Shown: in pieces, positions 57,283 to 64,000 of the stretch
Layout: the number at the start of each line of letters is the position of its first letter
Numbering within the stretch: position 1 is the first letter of the stretch
DNA from: Antedon mediterranea
Taxonomy: Eukaryota; Animalia; Echinodermata
Direction of reading: 5' to 3'
DNA length: 64,000 nucleotides
Assembly (NCBI RefSeq): GCF_964355755.1
Contig: NC_092671.1
Location: 1,302,001 to 1,366,000, forward strand
The notes under the pieces: model-generated
The model's input: the letters and a program-made list of their open reading frames with translations, nothing else
The model's database searches: none
Told to the model about the DNA's origin: nothing
Program-made: the position numbers and the translations under genes

Positions 57283-57510
57283 GGGATGGGATGGATGGGA
57301 TAGGATGGATGGGATATGGTGTGTGGGATAGGGTGTGTGGGATAGGGTGTGTGGGATAGGGTGTGTGGGATAGGGTGTGTGGGATAGGGTGTGTGGGATA
57401 GGTCATGTGGGATAGGGTGTATGGAATAGGATGAATGGGATAGTATGGCATGGATAAATGAATGAATGAATGAATAAATGAATGGATGAATGAATGAAAG
57501 TGGATGGATG
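57283..57510. repeat. Compound simple repeat: (GGGATAGGGTGTGT)n flanked by GGAT and GAAT microsatellites
   Basis: Directly visible 14-bp period at about 57320-57425. Confidence 0.9.
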
Positions 57511-58951
57511 ACCAGAACAGCATAGAAATAGGATCTTAATTTGAATAATGCAGGAGCATTATGTGGAATGCTTGTGTTCACATCATATTGTCAATTTGAA
57601 TTGTGACTAGCAGACGCCTTCTACAATCAATATCCCAGTTCAACAGTCCATGACAAGTGAATAGATCACGCGCAATAAATTTAGAATTAAGTTTATTGCG
57701 AAGTAATTAAAGGGCAACATGCTTACAATTGTTTTAGATTATTAAAAACAAACCTTTTTTATAGGATCCTATATGAATTTAAAATGTATTTTCGAAAAAA
57801 ATAAATGAGTTTGATATAGAGTTTTCTGTACAGGTACTTCATCCCTACTATATAATGTAAAACATAACACATCTGTATATATACACTTATAGGGATACTT
57901 AAATTATTATACTATTCATAGACTTTTTACTGTACTTAATCCAGTCCTATACCTTATGAGGGTTTCACATTGTTTAAATAATACTTAATAGTACTGTACA
58001 TTTACATATTTGTTTGCATTAGATATTTCTATGTTGATAAATTGTTCAAAATTTACAATTACTCTAAAATTTCAATCCTTTTAAAATGATGACATCATCC
58101 TAAATTTGGTATTATTCAGAACAGTAAAATAATTAAATTTTTATGTAGAGCACACTGGATCATTTTTGCGACGCCATAGTCACTTTAATTTGTCATGCAA
58201 AGAATTATTCATGTCCGAGAAGCAGTTATTATTACAAGAAAACGTGATAAGATTTACTATATAGATCCTCCTCAAGATATGCATACAATACTGATGGAGA
58301 ATTTAATAGTGCAGCATATACAAAGTTTTTGAACCTACATTAAAATAATAGTTATTTTTATTTATTCATGGTATCTGTTATTTCCCAAAAAAAACAATAA
58401 AATGCAGAGACAGCTAAAAGCTGAAATAAAGTATATTTAATTGAAATTAAAGATTAGATAAATAGCAATACTATCATGGTACTTACTAATACTAAAAAAA
58501 ACATAATAAAAATCAAGAAACCGTACAAAAAAAGGGACATTTGCTAGTACAAAAATATCAATATTTATGTAAAATATAATTATCAAACGGAACATAATTT
58601 TGTTATAACATATATTGATAACAAAGCATAATTCATGCTTAGGTAACATTCACAATTATTTTTACTAATAAATACCATCTATAATTTACAAGACGTTAAT
58701 AGTATAAATCTCAAATAAACCAGGCGACAAACTAATTATTGTAATTAGGAGTTCAATCAACTATGAAATCCTTGATGGTTTCCTAAGCTATTAGTTTCTT
58801 TAAGAATCTTTAAGTTAAAATCAACATCATATTGATAGGCAAGATTACTTTCTCTGTTTCCAGGGATGATATTCAAACGTTGTATTCATGAAATGTATGC
58901 AAGTGTAATTGATGGAAGAATTACTTCTGACAGAATAATAATGAAAAACAA

Positions 58952-59065
58952 ATATTGTATCCTGCCAGTACCATATTGTATCCTGCCAGTACCATATTGT
59001 ATCCTGCCAGTACCATATTGTATCCTGCCAGTACCATATTGTATCCTGCCAGTACCATATTGTAT
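58952..59065. repeat. Minisatellite, 21-bp unit x5.4
   Basis: ATATTGTATCCTGCCAGTACC. Confidence 0.97.
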
Positions 59066-59384
59066 ATATAAACAATGTTAAACACTCAAGTCAATGGTAC
59101 AAACATTGATGTATCTGCTGGTGCTATGCTTTAAAAAAGATTAAACTAAAAAATGATTAACTAAAAGAAGAAGCACTAAATAGAGAAGTGTGGTGAAATA
59201 AGACTGTAATGGACCTGCCAAATGACAGATGACAAGGTAGGTAGGTTGGTTGGTGGTTATAACAAAATACTAATAATACAATAACAATAGCTTTGATTTA
59301 TATAAGCATTGTAGGCCTACAGTACATAAACTGAAAAAAAATAAATAAAATAAAAAGACCAAAAGAAAAATCCAGTACCAAAAA

Positions 59385-59962
59385 CCCGAACCAGTGTTTG
59401 GTCTAATTGAACTCTGTACAGCACCAGTTGTGCCCGAACCAGTGTTTGGTCTAATTGAAGCCTGTACAGCACCAGTTGTAACCGAACCAGGGTTTGGTCT
59501 AATTGAACTCTGTACAGCACCAGTTGTGCCCGAACCAGTGTTTGGTCTAATTGAACTCTGTACAGCACCAGTTGTGCCCGAACCAGTGTTTGGTCTAATT
59601 GAACTCTGTACAGCACCAGTTGTGCCCGAACCAGTGTTTGGTCTAATTGAACTCTGTACAGCACCAGTTGTGCCCGAACCAGTGTTTGGTCTAATTGAAC
59701 TCTGTACTGCACCAGTTGTGCCCGAACCAGTGTTTGGTCTAATTGAACTCTGTACAGCACCAGTTGTGCCTGAACCAGTGTTTGGTCTAATTGAACTCTG
59801 TACAGCACCAGTTGTGCCCGAACCAGTGTTTGGTCTAATTGAACCCTGTACAGCACCAGTTGTGCCCGAACCAGTGTTTGGTCTAATTGAACTCTGTACA
59901 GCACCAGTTGTGCCCGAACCAGTGTTTGGTCTAATTGAACTCTGTACAGCACCAGTTGTGCC
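59385..59962. repeat. Minisatellite, 48-bp unit x12
   Basis: CCGAACCAGTGTTTGGTCTAATTGAACTCTGTACAGCACCAGTTGTGC with a few substitutions. Confidence 0.97.
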
Positions 59963-62900
59963 TCGGTCTTTGTAGACAAAATACAAATAAATATATGTGT
60001 TTCTGTTATTATGATTAAACTGTTTTAAATTAATAATAACAGTACATTGTTTTAATTCAATTATTTTAATATTTGAATGATACAACCAAGCCATCACATA
60101 CAGTATGGCTAGAAAAATGATAATTCAAATTTATTTTTCATTTTGCAGACAAATAATAAAATATTATAAAACTTACTGATACTTCACATATTTAATAATA
60201 ATATTAAGAAATGATGATGGAGGTTTGTGGGGAGGCTCCCACCTGAGGGCATAGTTCATGGACTATACCATTTGTGGAGAGGGATGTTCAATGAAAATTT
60301 CTACTTTTCGAGTTATATCTCGCTCTTCGAGGAGAAACGGCTATTGTTGGTTTATCCAGGTAAGCTAGCCATGAAATAGACATTAATAAATGGGGCTTGT
60401 GCAGTTCCTGATGCCTCTGCTATATAACAAGCCTTTGTTATTAAAACATAAACTATCACTACGATATCATCCCGTCAACATCTTATCATCTGCTAAGGAT
60501 GAACATTTTGAACGCAGAGGAATTAAAACTAATTCCTTCATGTTGAAACTAACACATTAAACAAACCAAACATCTGTTACATTAAAACATTCTATTTAAA
60601 TTAATTGGATCTAGCCTTGAAAATGCATTTTCAGCCATTAATTTTTCTGGCAGTATAATCATAAATTCAAGATCAAAAGAAAATTAACATTTATCAATAA
60701 GAACAACATTAATTTATTTTTTCAATTAGAGAAAATACTTTGGATATTTGTTATTGTTTTTACTACTTCCTTTAAATGTTGCTTAAAATTGGGCAACATG
60801 AACTATATAATAATATAGACTAGCTTTAAATATGTGTGTCTTTGGTAATTATTATAAATACAAGAGAACAAAATGTAGAAGTCGGTAACCCTGTACACCT
60901 AGACTATACAATGTTGTCAGCAATTTTATGAATTCTATCAATTTATTTATCGTAAAATTCTTTCAATTCCCGATTTCTAATAAAATATTATTGCTTTAAT
61001 TTATATTTTATTACAAACATATGTAAAATTGTTAACATTTAATACATTTTGTAATCTTATTATGTTATATATAAAATTAATCAAAGTATGACAAGACATT
61101 AAATTATCATATGTCTGAAGGAAAAATCAATACATTAATTTAAGTGAAAATAACATCTTTAAGAAGTATTATAGAATCTATTGATGGTGTTAGAAGCAAG
61201 ATTTTTATGTCTGAATCCATAATTTGACATAAATTTAATTTGAAAAATGTTGAATTCACATTCATAAGATTTCATTACAGGCTGCCTCCTGCCATCTCAG
61301 ATTCCGTACCAAACATTCATGTGTTCAATTTCAATGTGATTTAAAATTAAAATTTATTATGCGAAATAATCTCATCTTAGTACATTTGATACTTATTTAA
61401 GCACCTGGGTATAAGATAAAGATAGCTGGTGATATATTTGAGTGTACTACAGTTCATGTCTGTGTACAAGCTGAATATATTAAAGCCAAAGGGCACAGAA
61501 ATCATAATTTTGGATTCATAAAATGATATTGGCTTGAGGCCAATGCTAAATCAAATAAATATTATGTAAATTATACACGTTGGTTATGTATGATCAATAC
61601 GCAAGAAATTCAATAAATCATTGAATTACACGAATCACAGGCATGCAAGGCTGTAGAATTTTGTAAAATTAGGTAGTCCTTTGGACAATTTGGTTGTCCC
61701 CAACTAATTTTTAGCTGCCCAACCTTTTTGTTAAATTTTTATGTGATAAAACTAATTAATTCTTTAGCTGTATTTAGACAATCATTGCTGCCTAGCATAA
61801 ATGAATCAATGATCCTGGGGTTTTTGAGAGCTTGTCCATCTGGATGCAGGCAATGAAGCTCTATATATATGTTTGACTTGATTTTTTGGTGGCGCCTGGA
61901 CGTCGGGGCAGGTGATTCTGTGAGCCCTGATGTATTTCTACTTCCAGTGAATGTGGTATGTAAATTGTAGTATGGATGTTTTACTTTTACTTTTATGTAA
62001 AACACATGGAAAGTTATATGTGGTATAAAAGAATGTATTATTATGGATGTAAAGATGGACCAACAATAATGGAAAGCCAATTATCGAGTTTGCCGGAGCC
62101 ACAAGAAAACAAAGGGTACAACTATAATAATAGAACTTGGCTTATTATAATATAAAAATATACATTCCCAATCTTCCACCCACTCAATCCCACCATAACT
62201 TTTGACCTCATAAATTAAAGAATTGATGTAAATGATGATTGCTGATTGCAAAAACTAATTTCCAAAACCCTGTATTATTCCCAACAAAATACACATAATG
62301 ACTTGGAAAGTCATTGCTTAATTTTGCGAAGAAGGCTAAGGCTGGAGATATCATTAAAATCTGTCCGTTTTCATTCGTCTCTAAACAAACATCTTGTTGT
62401 AATAAGATGGAAATGGCATATAGAATCTGTCAAATGGGCTTTTATTGTTGTTCACTAATGGAACTATTTATAGTCTATAATCATTGCTATTTAAATTATA
62501 ACAATAAAGATGATAAAAAAAAACATAAAGAGGAAGTATTTATTTGAAGAGGACTTAAACCATAAGATCAATGCAATATGATTATGACTAAAATTATAAA
62601 ATTCTAAGGCTGGACAAAGTCCAATGTTAATGTTGTCACACAACCAAAAGCTTTCTAATATCAATGAAAGGTGGGGAAAAAGTGATAATTTGATTGCAAT
62701 GATAAGAATGATGAAAAAGATGATGATGATGATGATGATGATAATGATTGTATATGATGATGTTTATGTTCTCTACATATCTTTCTCAAACTACACAAAC
62801 CAAGTTGGATAAATTTAGATTACAATAATAATAATAATTTAATGTTGATAATATAGCAATGAATTATTATCATTATCATGCTAGTAATATACTGATGATT

Positions 62901-64000
62901 CCATTGATGATGATAATGATAATGATAATGATTATGAGAGATTACTAGTCACAGTATAGTGCATAGATGCTACGCAGAGCCTGTCAAAACAATTCATCAC
63001 TACAACTAACACATGTACGAGATGTAGTATATGAATACAATACATTGTCCATATAAGGCTGGCTCATTGGACTAGAGCATACAGTTAGTAAATGTGGCCT
63101 ACAGAATCACATCAGCTGTGGAAGCAGTATGTCCTCTGAATTGCAGCAATCATAATAATATATGTCAAAATCAAAATACAATGTCTTATTTAATTTCTAA
63201 AGAATACAAAATATTAGCAGCTGGGAATGATGTATCAGTACTTACTAGCAGTTTGAAATTGTGATTCCCAAACAGAGCAAGTCATTAAAATGGAATCTAT
63301 ACTATGAGGAATCTGTCTTGGATGCTAAGGACACTATGGTATATCACAGTGTGGCAATATACTCATTCAAGTTTTTATTTTTTTAAGACATTGACATTGA
63401 TTTAATTGATAATATTACTAAATCTCTAATTGGCACATTCTGTAAATAACTAAATGTATTTTCTTATCTGATGTGGGTTCATCCCATTTTTATTTCTGAT
63501 CTCTCAAATTAACAATTAACAAACAACAAACACACAAGACACACAACATTAACAATTAAAGAATATATTGTCAAATTGGTCACTGTTAAATATTTTAAGT
63601 ACTATTATATCAATTTATATTATAAAAACCATAATATCTGATAAATAAAACAGTTACATACCGTTAATGCACAAATCCTGAATCAATGTATACGATGCAA
63701 AAAGGAATTAATATTCGGGAAGAGAAATCAGGCATAAGCACTAAATTGCAGTACACAATCTGAGAGGTATTTGCCTTCAAACCAAACACCTTAAGATCTA
63801 ATGGCGTAGATTTATAGTATGCATCCGTTTGCTGGCGATTACTGCCGTACATAGTACAACAGTCAGTGAGATGCTCTCGGCACTAATTGCGTAAACAGAT
63901 TGATTTTTGGCGGTCGTAGAGCGCAACCAATGAAATTATCTCAGTGACTCATTATGACATAGTGCTAATTATTCATTACATACTCATTAGCATAATCTAT

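Noticed and set aside
43129-64000. Search for upstream CH exons (IYTDWANHYL-like)
   Set aside because: Not found by eye. They presumably lie beyond 64000, although a small divergent exon could have been missed.

Overview
AT-rich eukaryotic (metazoan, probably invertebrate) genomic DNA, not prokaryotic. The window lies inside one large minus-strand gene of the neuron navigator family (NAV1/2/3, C. elegans unc-53, Drosophila sickie). Seven phase-consistent GT-AG coding exons can be assembled by eye: 43128-43056, 40449-39925, 38903-38721, 37956-35790, 11665-10010, 9661-9478 and 9001-8903. Together they give 4887 nt, about 1629 aa, from the C-terminal part of the calponin-homology domain to the start of the first coiled coil. 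I did not find the 5' exons or the AAA+ ATPase 3' exons, which presumably lie outside the window. The introns hold three short ATG-initiated exon candidates whose donor phase matches the intron they sit in (19345-19212, 30712-30636, 5336-5208), suggesting nested internal promoters that make shortened navigator isoforms with new N-termini. There is also a possible alternative terminal exon. The introns also carry a fairly young Rex1/Babar-type LINE fragment, other LINE tails, a tRNA-derived SINE, a PIF/Harbinger MITE, pogo-like MITEs, an 826-bp fold-back element with IS3EU-like termini, several minisatellites (one with higher-order structure) and degenerate hammerhead-ribozyme-like motifs. All calls are from manual reading and no database search was run.
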